A DNA stretch of 64,000 nt, from positions 15,190,001 to 15,254,000 of the forward strand of contig NC_043000.1 in assembly GCF_006345805.1 (NCBI RefSeq), given 5' to 3'. The DNA is from Octopus sinensis (Eukaryota). The position numbers and the translations under genes were made by a program. Below the pieces are notes generated by a model. The model saw nothing but the letters and a program-made list of their open reading frames with translations. It was not told the DNA's origin and ran no database searches. Every line of letters starts with the position of its first letter. The first letter of the stretch is position 1. Shown here piece after piece: positions 1-11,624 of the stretch.

Positions 1-469
1 CTTTCAGTTTCCGTCTACCAAATCCACTCACAAGGCTTTGGTCGGCCCGAGGCTTAGTAGAAGACACTTACCCAAGGTGCCATGCAGTGGGATTAAACCC
101 GGAACCATGTGGTTCATAAGCAAGCAACTTACTATACAGCCACTCTTATGCCTAATATATACATTAGAAACGAAAGTAGTATTTTATCAAAATAGCAATC
201 TGTATATCTTACTTAACATGGATACATGGTAAGAAAGGAAGAACACTGTAGCATTCATCTTGAGAAAGCATCTTGAGAAAGCTGCATATCCGTGTGTCAC
301 GGGTATCAAATATCCACTATCATCACATACTTAGACAAATTTCATCTCTACTGATATAGAAAAACAGTCATCAAAAAGTTGCTGGTTTGCAAATAGCTGG
401 CATATAGGACAAAAATTTGTGACAAAAGCAGTATTGGTTTTAGTTGTTAATCATTGTGCACGTAAATTG

Positions 470-655
470 CACCAATCCGTTGCCAGCCTCGCCTGGCACC
501 TGTGCGGGTGGCGTTAGGAAGGGCATCCAGCTGTAGAAACATTGCCAGATAAGACTGGAGCCTGGTGCAGCGTCCTGGCTTCCCAGATCCCCGGTCGAAC
601 CGTCCAACCCATGCTAGCATGGAGAACGGACGTTAAACGATGATGATGATGATTC
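470..655 (+). mobile_element. Short RTE 3'-end copy (further copies: 1245-1790 +, 2870-3250 -, 23060-23400 +, 27895-28480 -, 34540-34930 +, 34960-35150 -, 40110-40500 +, 49005-49670 -, 55130-55530 +)
   Basis: Shared module gttaggaagggcatccagctgtagaaac...ccatgctagcatgg...cggacgttaaa(cgatgatg)n. Coordinates of the copies are approximate. Confidence 0.85.
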
Positions 656-1852
656 TATATCAGTAGAGAGAAAAAGTTGTCCAAGGATGCTGTTGCTAGC
701 AGATACCTGCAACTAATAATGCTCAAAGAAGCAGAAATCCAGGCTTAACACTTCCACTGCCACTGTTGAATGTTTCTCATCAGCTACTAATATACTTCTG
801 AGCTTTTTAGAACTATCTATATGAGACACTTTCTCAAGACAAATTCTGTAGTGTTGTGGCTTTCTCACAGTACAGCCATGTTAAGTAAGATATACAGAGT
901 GGTTTTCTGAACTAATACTGCTTCCATCACTAAAAACAAATTTTTACCTATCCTGTCAGCTATATGCAACACCAGTGACGTTTTAATCAATGTTTCTCTA
1001 TATGAGTAGAGATGCAATTATAGTGGATACTTGCTACCACTAAGGTACAGATATGTAGAAATCCCAGATCTAGCAATTCCACCACTGTAAATGGACTTTT
1101 CCCCCCCCCCACTACTGATACTTCTGTGCATTTTAGCCTAATACATCGATATAAAATGCTTTCTCAAAAATATCATCATGCTGTGGCTTTCTCATAGTAT
1201 AGCCATGTTAAATCAGATATACAGACTGAGATATATTTATATGTCAATGCTGCCTGGCTGGCACCTGTGCTGGTGGCATGTAAAAAGCACCATTTGAGCA
1301 TGGCTGATGTCAGTGCCACCTGACTGGCACCTGTGCCGGTGGCATGTAAAAAGCACCATTTGAGCATAACTGATGTCAGTGCTGCCTGTGCCAGTGGCAT
1401 GTAAAAAGCATCCACCACACTCTCAGAGTGGTTGGCATTAGGAAGTGCATCCAGCTGTAGAAACCTTGCCAAATCAAAGGTGGCAAGCTGGCAGAATCAT
1501 TAGCATGCCAGGTGAAATGCTTAGCGGTATTTCATCTGCCGTTACGTTCTGAGTTCAAATTCCGCCGAGGTCGACTTTGCCTTTCATCCTTTCGGGGTCG
1601 GTTGACGTAATCGACTTAATCTTCTTGTTTGTCCCCTCTATGTTTAGCTCCCTGTGGGCAATAAAGAAATAAGAAACCTTGCCAAATCAGATTGGGGCCT
1701 GGTGCAGCCTCCCAGCTTACCAGTTATCAGTCAAACTGACTGACCCATACCAGCATGGAAAATGGACAGTAAACGACAATGATACATATATGTTCATTAT
1801 TAGCAACAGAAGCAGTATTAAATCTAAATAGCATTCTGTATATCTTGCTTAA

Positions 1853-2071
1853 CTCTTTAGCATTTAATTGGGCCATATTTGGCCCAAATATTCTGCATGT
1901 TTTATGTTAAAACTAACCAAACCCAACTGCTCTTACCCACCATGTAATGTCATTCTAAAAATATAGAAACACACCATTGAAATCTTACGCTACAAGATAA
2001 TATGTGATTAATTCAAAGCAGTACGAATAAATAAGCATTACATTTGACAAAGAAATCTGAATGCTAAAGGG
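1853..2071. mobile_element. piggyBac-type MITE
   Basis: TTAA at 1849-1852 and 2072-2075; TIR ctctttagcatt / aatgctaaaggg. Confidence 0.7.
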
Positions 2072-3860
2072 TTAACGTAGATAAACTGTAGAAATCCAAA
2101 CTACTGCTGTTTTCTTCTCGAGAAAGCATCATGTACAGATGTACAGTGCTAAAAAGCACAGAATATCAGTAACACATGAGAAGCATCCAGCAGTGGCAGT
2201 AGAATTTCTACATATTTGCATGTCATCAGCAGCAAGCATCCAATAGCAACCACATGCTTAGACAAATCTAAGCTCTATTGACATAGAAAAACGGTGAGTA
2301 ATAAATCATTAGTGTTGCAAATAGCCAGCAGGCTTGGTAAAACTTATGTGACAGAAACATTTTATTATATCAAAATAGCATTCTGTATACTACAGTTGTA
2401 TGGCTACCTACAACCTTTCTACATTAAGGAAGATATACAGAACGCTATTCGCAAGCCCTCGCCTGTCACCAATTAAGGAGATATTTCCCCATGGCCAGAT
2501 ATGTTTTTCAGAGAAGACTAGAAACGAACAACCTTGCTTGCATGATAATGATGTTCATTTTCAATCATTATGTGATGTCTAGACAAGGGTACATACAAAC
2601 AGCACAAGGCTTTGATTGGCCTAGGGCTGACTAATCCATGCCAGCATGGAAAAATGGATGTTAAGTGATGACGAAATGAACGGAAAAACTGAAAAGCACA
2701 AGAGTTGCATTTCATTTGGATACTCTGACAAGGAGAACTCAGCAATAACATACTGATACTTCTTGTCCTTGGCAGGAAAGAGTCACCCAACATTTTATCA
2801 ATGAGTTCTCACTAATGTATGTGGCCGTGTATAGTACCATCTAAATATTTTCTCACTACAACCTTCATCATCATCGTCATCGTTTAACGTCCGTTCTCCA
2901 TGCTAGCATGGGTTGGACGGTTCGACCGGGGATCTGGGAAGCCAAAAGGCTGCACCAGGCTCCGGTCTTATCTGGCAATGTTTCTACAGCTGGATGCCCT
3001 TCCTAACGCCAACCACTCCGTGAGTGTAGTGGGTGCTTTTTACGTGCCACCTGCACTGGTGCCAGGCGAGGCTGGCATCAGCCACGGTCGGATTGGTGCA
3101 TTTTACGTGCCACCTGCACGGAAGCCAGTCGAGGCGGCACTGGCATCGGCCACGATTCGGATAGTGCTTTTTACGTATCTCCAGTCCAGGGGTCCTGGCA
3201 TCTGCCGGGTGCCAGTCATAGGATTGGTTCAATTTCGATTTCGATTTCATATGTTAATTTTGATCGGATTCAAAAGATAAACTCAGAGCTACAGATTACA
3301 ATGAAAATAATATCAATACAACAAATAAATAAATCTATTTTCCTTAACCACATGCTTTTCAACTAAACCTATAATGGCATTAGATGAAATGTCAGGAATT
3401 CTAACTATAAATCTATTGTTAGGTTTTTTTTTTTTAATTAATCTGAGAAACAGGGGCACTGTCCAAAACATTTTCAGGCTTTGATTGACTGACGGATAGT
3501 GACAGCTGGAGAAGTTTAATACATTGAATGTCACATTCGACATGGAATGTAACTTCTTGTATTGTAGTCTTTATCTCTTCCTTACACATATATACATACA
3601 TATTCACACATATATACAATATACGATATACACACACACACAGACATATAGTATCCCTTGACTACCGCATGTGTTATGTTCCAAAACACCCCACAATAGG
3701 TGAAAATATATGAAGTAGAAACAGTAATGTATATTTTTTTTTATTATTTTCATAATTTGTATATATATATTTTATTATAAACACAAAACACCACAGAGGA
3801 ATTGACATAAGCTTAAGTAATAAACTACAATAGGTGAACCATGATATGGCAAAGGATTAT

Positions 3861-3911
<51 letters not shown>

Positions 3912-4471
3912 ACAGTGGAAATACAGTTTATAATTTTGAGTCATTCCTGAAGGCCATTCATTACCCAAAATATTTATAGGCGTAGGAGTGGCTGTGTGGT
4001 TAGTAGCTTGCTTACCAACCACATGGTTCCGGGTTCAGTCCCACTGTGTGACACCTTGGACGAGTGTCTTCTACTATAGCCTTGGGTCAACCAAAGCCTT
4101 GTGAGTGAATTTGGTAGATGGAAACTGAAAAGAAGCCCATTGTATATATGCGTATATATATGTATGTATGTGGGTGTATATGTTTGTGTGTCTGTGTTTG
4201 TCTCCCCAACATCGCTTGACAACCAAAGCTGGTGTGTTTACGTCCCTGTAACTTAGCGGTTCGGCAAAAGAGACCGATAGAATAAGTACTAGGCTTACAA
4301 AGAATAAGTCCTGGGGGGCGATTTACTTGACTAAAGGTGGTGCTCCAGCATGGCTGCAGTCACATGACTGAAACAAGTAAAAGAGTAAAGAGTAAGAGAG
4401 TTTCAACACATCATGCATTAATGCCTCACGAGTGAGATGCTATACTCAAATTGAAAACTATTATAAATATA

Positions 4472-5190
4472 TACTAGCAACGCCGGGTCATAATGCTAGT
4501 GCATGCATATACAGCTGCATGCGTGCGCACATACACGCGAGTACTGTCCAAATCTCCAACCAATCACATACAACTAGCTGGCATTCAATTGGCGTATCAA
4601 GTTTCAGGCATTTTGATTGGGTTTTGGATAGAAAATTCACAAAAAAAATCACTACTATTGATGTTTTAATGGCTTTGTGGGGTGACTGAGGAAATGTAAA
4701 GATGTGCACGACCACCCTTGGACGGTTTTAAATGAACATAGAAAGTGCGAGCCCTCTAACTGAAAAATTGTGGATTTGTATAAAGGACACACACACACAC
4801 AGACATTTTGCCGTTTATATATATACTAGCAGTATCGCCCGGCGTTGCTCGGGTTTGTAAGGGAAATAACTATATAAGCATTTTTAGAGAGTTATAGCCA
4901 AAAAATAGCAAAAAGATGCATTAAAAATGGAAAGAATATGATGGTAATTTTTAGAGAGTTACTTCCCTTATATAATAGTGGAAAAAATGCATTAAAATGG
5001 AAAAATATGATGGTAATTTTTTTAAAATCGTAGACTCATCGTAGACGCGCGCTAATACCCAGAAGGGCTCGATATGAATCACGACTATAAGATACCCGCT
5101 TTTGGTTAAACTGCACCGCAAAATGTGGGAGTAGTTAGGAATCTAAATCGTAGGAGACAGACACACAACTTCACTTTTATATATAAAGAT
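4472..5190 (+). mobile_element. Two head-to-tail non-autonomous Helitron/Helentron-like elements (junction ~4823)
   Basis: Each starts tactagca...cc(c)gg and ends with acacac-microsatellite plus ttt(t)atata, the architecture of DINE-1/Lep1-like elements. No TIR or TSD. Confidence 0.6.
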
Positions 5191-5461
5191 ATAAGCCACG
5201 TAGTTATATACACATACTTTGTTATATACACATTCTTAAAAGAAAATGTTATTTTGAACACAACATTTATAAAGAATAAAATATTTTTTGGTTTTTCTTT
5301 TAAACGGATGCATACATTTATTAATAACTATATATAAGTGTCGTCTGTTTATACATAAACACTGTTTCATACTGCAATTATATATACATATATCTATATA
5401 TAATATTATATAATAAAATATATACAGAATATGTGTATATATTTATGTATGTATAAATATA

Positions 5462-5897
5462 TACTGAAAGAAGCTCGGCTCGCCAATTAATACTACCAAA
5501 ATTTAACGACAGAAAGTAAATTAAAAACCAATTTACCTTTTCTGTATTGTTATGGCAATTCGACAGTCGGTGTGTTTTTGCAAATGTGTTCGAATGAGAA
5601 GTGAGTTGTGTTTGGCGCCTTTTTTACTAATAACAAACACACACGTGTTTGTATGTAGTTGTTTGAAACGTTTGTGTTTGTCAGTGTCATATATGTATGT
5701 GTATGCGTGTGTGTGAGGAATGGCAAACCAGATAGATAGCGCGCAAATTTCTTTTGAAGTTCGTGCTCCGCTTGTGTGTGTGTGTGTGTGCGTGCTTTAG
5801 GTGTACGTAGGTATGTGTACTCTCTCTGTCTCTTTACACACACTAACAAAAGCACTTCACTTACACACCACACTTTCTGTGTCGCACATCCCATCAA

Positions 5898-5928
<31 letters not shown>

Positions 5929-6466
5929 CATCAATGCTTTCGGAGTGAAATGTTAAAATATTGAGTTTTCTCGAATTTTGTCTTAATTGGGGGTGAAATT
6001 GAAAGAAATTTTGTATGGCATGACCGAATGGAAGTACTTTGAAAAATCATAGGTAAACTCTAATTGAAGAAATTGTGTGAGGAGTAAATCGTTATGTATT
6101 TATTTGTTTCTGTTTGCTGTTTTTTTTTTTTTAGTAGTGGTTTAAGGTACACTTGCAAAGAGAAAGTGGGAGAAATTAGGGTGATAGCGTGAGTGAAGCA
6201 GATGGCTCCGTTTTTGTGTGTGTGTGTGTGTGTGCGTGTGCTGTAGCCCACACTAAGAAAAGCACTTGACTTACACACCACAATGTGAGTTTTCTCTAAA
6301 TTTTGCTTAATTGGGGTAGAAATTTGAAAAACTGGACCTGGCACGACCCGATTTATTCTACTCTTAAAAATGCTAGGTAAATTGTAATTGAAGAACTCCT
6401 ATATTGTAGATTTCTATAAGAGACAAAGGGAGGCAGATAAAATCTGCCTTTTATAATAAGAGATAT
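5462..6466 (+). mobile_element. Helitron-like element with internal ~320-bp degenerate duplication
   Basis: 5963-6070 resembles 6287-6395; subterminal perfect hairpin aggcagat-aaa-atctgcct followed by ttataataagagat. Confidence 0.5.
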
Positions 6467-7426
6467 ATATATACACACACACACATTTGTCAATTCTCTC
6501 AGAAGTGACAAATTAAAGAACTCAATACACAAGTGTATTAAAGAATACTCTACAAGTGTAGAGAATTCTTCAGTACTTTATAACTGAAAGTATCATAATT
6601 CCAATACTCCAAGTTACATGTTTCTAATTATTCAGTAGGTAAGATGTGTTTTCTTTTGCTATTGAAATACTATAAAAGGCTAAGAAAACACTTGTTCCTT
6701 ATAATAAAAAAATCAAAAACCTTGAAAGCAACATGTGCAAAAACAGCTGCTTCAAGCTCAAGGTTTTCTTTTCATTTCTGGCATGTGAAAGTTGTAGTGA
6801 CTAAATATTTAGAGGGTACTATACAGTGTCTCACACACATGCACAAATATACATCTACTGCTTTACCAACCAGCCTATCAAATGTCCTTGTACATCACTG
6901 GGTCACAATGTGCTTCTCTTCTTCCCTTGATTGTAATCCTCTCTTATATTAAGACTGAATTTTTTGACTATGTCATCCTTCCATTGTTTTGGAAATCTTT
7001 TCTAATCTTTTGGATACCATCCAACAACTGCACAGGTCCACCTGTTGTCTGAGAGCTTTGCAACATGTCTTGTTGAGCAGAACTTGTGCTTTTGGTATTC
7101 TATGATCACAGGGCCGCTCCACTCTATTTTTGGATTACTATGTTTCCACTATGTTCCAACAATGCTACTCCTAGTATGGGTCTTTCCCTGCCCCCTGTGT
7201 AGAGCCAGTAATTCTTCCTTCTTTGTAGTAGTCCATGTCACAAGCATGTCAGTAGGATGATATTGTTGAAGAATCAAGGCAAATGTCTTTCATGTTGCTC
7301 TTACTGTGTAAGGTTTTAGCATTCATGTGTATTTACTGACTGTCCCAATTAGACATGTTCCTTCACCACCTGAATTTCAATAGTTCCCACCACCACTATT
7401 TAGCATTGTGTTATGTTTTTGGACTT

Positions 7427-7794
7427 GTGGAGGCGCAATGGCCCAGTGGTTAGGGCAGCGGACTCGCGGTTTCGATTCCCAGACCGGGTGTTGTGAGCGT
7501 TTATTGAGCGAAAGCACCTAAAGCTCCACGAGGCTCCGGCAGGGATGGTGGTGATCCCTGCTGTACTCTTTCACCACAACTTTCTCTCACGCTTACTTCC
7601 AGTTTCTGTTGTACCTGTATTTCAAAGGGCCGGCCTTGTCACTCTCTGTGTCACGCTGAATATCCCCGAGAACTACGTTAAGGGTACACGTGTCTGTAGA
7701 GTGCTCAGCCACTTGCACGTTAATTTCACGAGCAGGCTGTTCTGTTGATCGGATCAACCGGAACCCTCGTCGTCGTAACCGACAGAGTGCTTCC
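7427..7794 (+). mobile_element. tRNA-derived SINE family C (copies: 30687-30995 +, 42145-42460 -, 51420-51805 -, 60980-61283 -)
   Basis: Head ggaggcgcaatggcccagtggttagggcagcggactcgcgg...tttcgattcccag shared by four copies (the 60980 copy lacks the tRNA head); 3' tails vary between copies. Confidence 0.85.
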
Positions 7795-8039
7795 ATGTTT
7801 TTGGACTGCAAAGTATTTTGTTTTTAAAGGGATTGTTTTAGGGCCTAATGCTGAACTCCCAGTGTCAAACTCTGTCAGCTTGGTTTGCAGCTGACTTGAG
7901 GTTAATGCAATGAGCATAACGTCATATGCAAACCAGAGGTGTATTAGCTTGCTACACATAAGAAAATTCATTTAAATATATTTTGAATATGCCTTTATTA
8001 CACACATGTGAGTGAGAACACTTTGAGATATTTTTGGGA

Positions 8040-8380
8040 TCTAACATATGTCAGATACTGCGAGTGCTGCTTCTGATTGGTCAATCCATGGGGATGACCC
8101 GAGGTCATGGTGACAGCGCTGCTTCTGATTGGTCAATTCATGGTGATGACCCGAGGTCACGGTGACGGCACTACTTTTGTCATTCATAAGTTACAACTAA
8201 ACGTGAAGAATTTAGTTATTGGGTTAATAAAATATGGTCGTTTATTCGTGTGTAATAAATAAAATACCAAACTCATTCGTGGCTTGTAAACGTATCTAAC
8301 TCGCTTTCGCTTGTTAGATACGTTTACAAGCCACTCGTTGTAATAAATACGGTATCCATAGGGAACTCGTTTGGTATTCT
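8040..8380. repeat. Element with a 52-bp direct repeat and a 22-bp perfect hairpin (possibly a Crypton-type non-autonomous element)
   Basis: Direct repeats at 8066-8117 and 8118-8169 contain gattggtc. Inverted arms at 8279-8300 and 8313-8334 flank the loop tcgctttcgctt. Confidence 0.55.
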
Positions 8381-10549
8381 CTCTATATCTATATCCAGCA
8401 GATCTCTAATTTAAAAAAAAATCTAAGTATTAAAAAGCTGTGGGCCTTTGAACCCTCTGCCATTACAGTATCTAGTCCTTATTCTACATGGAGAGTGGGA
8501 CCTTATGTATGATGCAGTAGCATCAAGTTCAGAGGATGGTGTAGCTTTCATTCTCAAGGGTCCAGCATCTTACATAACTTCACTCTAGAGAATAGGGTCT
8601 CAATTCTTTTAGCCACTCCCAGTAGCTTATCTGCTGCATTGGCAATCTTCTTAGTGCAGCAACATTGGATTTTCTTGAGTTCTGTTGCTTGACCATGTGT
8701 TGTCAATAATGTAGAATAGTAGTTGAAACCAATGACAACAAACGTTCTCCACAGGACCAATATGGTTTCCTTTCCTTTCCTTTTGTTCTGAATGATCTCA
8801 GAATCCAACCAGCCAGTTACCTGCACATTGTTGCTATTTTAGTAATATGCACATGGAATAATACATTACTCATATTGATTCCCAGACCAAACACTGATTG
8901 TGATTTCAGAATTGCAATAGCCCTTGGTTCTGTTTAATCTGGTTGGAGGCTGACAGCAGAATGTTGAAATTGTTCAGAATGAATTGTGAATTCTCTTTTA
9001 TTGTGGTCATACTGGGGACACCACCTGCAAGAATTTTGGTCAAATGAATTGACCCCATTACTTATTTTTTAAGACTGGTACTTGTTCTATCTGACTCTTA
9101 TGCTGAACTGCTAAGTTACGGGTACATAAATACACCAATGCTACTTGTCAAGTGGTGGTGAGACACAAAACAGACACACACGCATATATACATACATGAC
9201 AGGCTTCTTTCAGTTTCCATCTACCAAATGCACTCACAAGGCTTTGGTCAGCCTGAGGCTGTAGTAGAAGACACTTTTCTAAGGTGTCATGCAGTGAGAC
9301 TGAACCTGGAATCATGTGGTTGGGAAGCAAACTTCTTACCACAGTCATGCCTGCACCTATTGTCTATTTTCAATATATACTGACCAGATTATTGAATGTT
9401 GTTACACACCGCTGGTCACAATACAAGAAAGTGCATTGTTGTAGGTTTCGAATGGTGCCACTCTGCTAGCTAGGCAGGCTAACATTTGCTCTGAATGGAA
9501 TGTCAGTCTGTTGCAAGATTGCGCATTTTTGCCAGGGGAGTGAACTGGAACAATGCACTGCCAGTCCGGGAACTGAAGTCACAACCTTGTGATCATGAGT
9601 GCAACACCTTAACCACTAAGCCATGTGCCTTCACACACACACACTTCAGCAGGCTTTTTCAATCAGTCCACTAATTGGAGACCCCCTTTGGTCATGACAG
9701 ATCATGGGATTGCACCTAGAAAGTTACCCTCTGAGGCACAAGTCAGGGCAAGGTTGTTTGTGGAAGACCAGCAGTCCCCCATGCATACCAGCTCCCCCCC
9801 CTCTCCATACCACTGATGTTATCCAAGGGAAAGGCAAAGGCCGAAACAGCTTGGCACTTGTGATGTTGCAACTCATTTCTACAGCTGAGTTAACAGGAGC
9901 AACATGAAATAAAGTGTCTTGCTCAAGAACACAACATGCTGGTCCGGAAATCGAACTCACAACCTTACGATCGTAAGCTCGATGCTCTAACCACTGAGCC
10001 ATGCGCCTTCACTGTCCACTAATTACATGCACAAGATATTGGTTGATCTGTGGCTAAAGTATATTCATATATAATCAGATGTATAAATCTACTGTGCAGA
10101 TTTGGTAGAGAGAAACTGATAGGAGTGTCTTATGTGCATGTGTGTGTGATCATCATCATCACCCCTTAACATTAAATTTCCATGCTACAAGGGTTAGACG
10201 GTTTGACCATAGCAAACAGGAAGAGTCACACCAGATTCTAGTATGATTTGGCTTGTGTGCATGTGTTTGTATTTCTTTTGTCTTTGTGGGTTTGCTGCTT
10301 GTAAACATTAGTCTAACTGTCAATGCCATTTGCTTGCAGCCACAATGAAAGCATGGTTCAGGCTGTTAGTAGTTTGACAGACTGAGAGGCTATCATTTTG
10401 TTTGAAAGCAGGTGATGGATGACATCAGGAAGAGCATCAGGTTATAGAAAACTTTGCCCTAACACTCTTATTTGACCCGTGCAAACATGGAGAAATAAGA
10501 AAACATTAAAATAATGATGACATGTATAGTTATACAAACGTATACCTTT

Positions 10550-10584
<35 letters not shown>

Positions 10585-10599
10585 CATGATGAAATGTTG

Positions 10600-11345
10600 A
10601 AGCACGACCTTCGAACTTTATGCCTCACCAAGGAAATGACTAGTGACCGAGACTTTTGGAAATACACTGTGCTTGAGAAGACCCGGCAAGCCAAATGAGA
10701 CCATAACATCGTGGCCTATGCCAGGGGCGTAACCAGCCCACTTATGCGCACCTTATCCTTCTTTTGGATACTAAAACTCTGCTTGCAAAGACCTGTTGAG
10801 GCAAGTGAAATCAAGATCAAATTTGATGACTGGCATCCGTGCTAGAGCACCATACGAGTGTAATCATTGACAGAGTGGCTAACTGGCTTCCGTGCCAGTG
10901 GCACATAAAAGGCACCATTCGAGTGTGATCATTACCAGTGTCGCCTTACTGGCACTTGATCCACGTGCTAGTAGGGTGTTAAGAGCACCATCCGAGCGTG
11001 ATCGTTACCAGAGCAGCCAACTGGTCTCCGTGCCGGTGGCACATAAAAGACACCATTCGTGCTTGATCGTTACCAGCATCACCTTACTGGCACCTGTGCC
11101 GGTGGCATGTGTGAAAGATTCGAGCGAGGTCGTTGTCAGTACCGCCTGACTGGCCCCGAGCCAGTGGCACATAAAAGCACCCACTACACTCTCGGAGTGA
11201 TTGGCGTTAGGAAGGGCATCCAGCTGTAGAAACTCTGCCAGATCAAGATTGAAGCCTGGTGCAGCCATCTGGTTCGCCAGCCCTCAGTCAAATTGTCCAA
11301 CCCATGCTAGCATGGAAAGCGGACGTTAAACGATGATGATGATGA
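10600..11345 (+). mobile_element. RTE LINE 3' end, second UTR subfamily
   Basis: Starts in the RT C-terminus (KHDLRTL), carries gtgcc.gtggcac repeat units and ends ccatgctagcatgg...(atg)n. Confidence 0.8.
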
Positions 11346-11624
11346 TACACATACATTTAAATCCTTTCTACTATAAACACAAGGAGTGAAATTTTGTGAG
11401 AGTCAGTAAGTCGGTTACATTGACCCCAGCGCTCAACTGGTACTCATTTCAGGATGAAAGGCAAAGTCAACCTCAGTGGAATTTAAACACAGAACATTAA
11501 GAAGGATGAAATGTCGCTAAGCATTTTGTCCAGCATGCTAACAATTCTGCCATCTCAACACCTAGTACATACACATTTATATGGACACACACACACATAA
11601 AAATAAGTATGTGTGTGTGTGTTT

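Larger units (their letters stand above)
160..2400. repeat. Old ~300-bp repeat unit present in both orientations, interrupted by TEs
   Basis: tctgtatatcttacttaacatg (~199-220) is the reverse complement of catgttaagtaagatatacaga (~877-898). 2101-2210 matches the reverse complement of 750-840. Confidence 0.65.

Noticed and set aside
8554-8826. 90-aa minus-strand ORF as a missing NAA30 exon
   Set aside because: It has no GNAT/NAA30 motifs and no matching splice phase.
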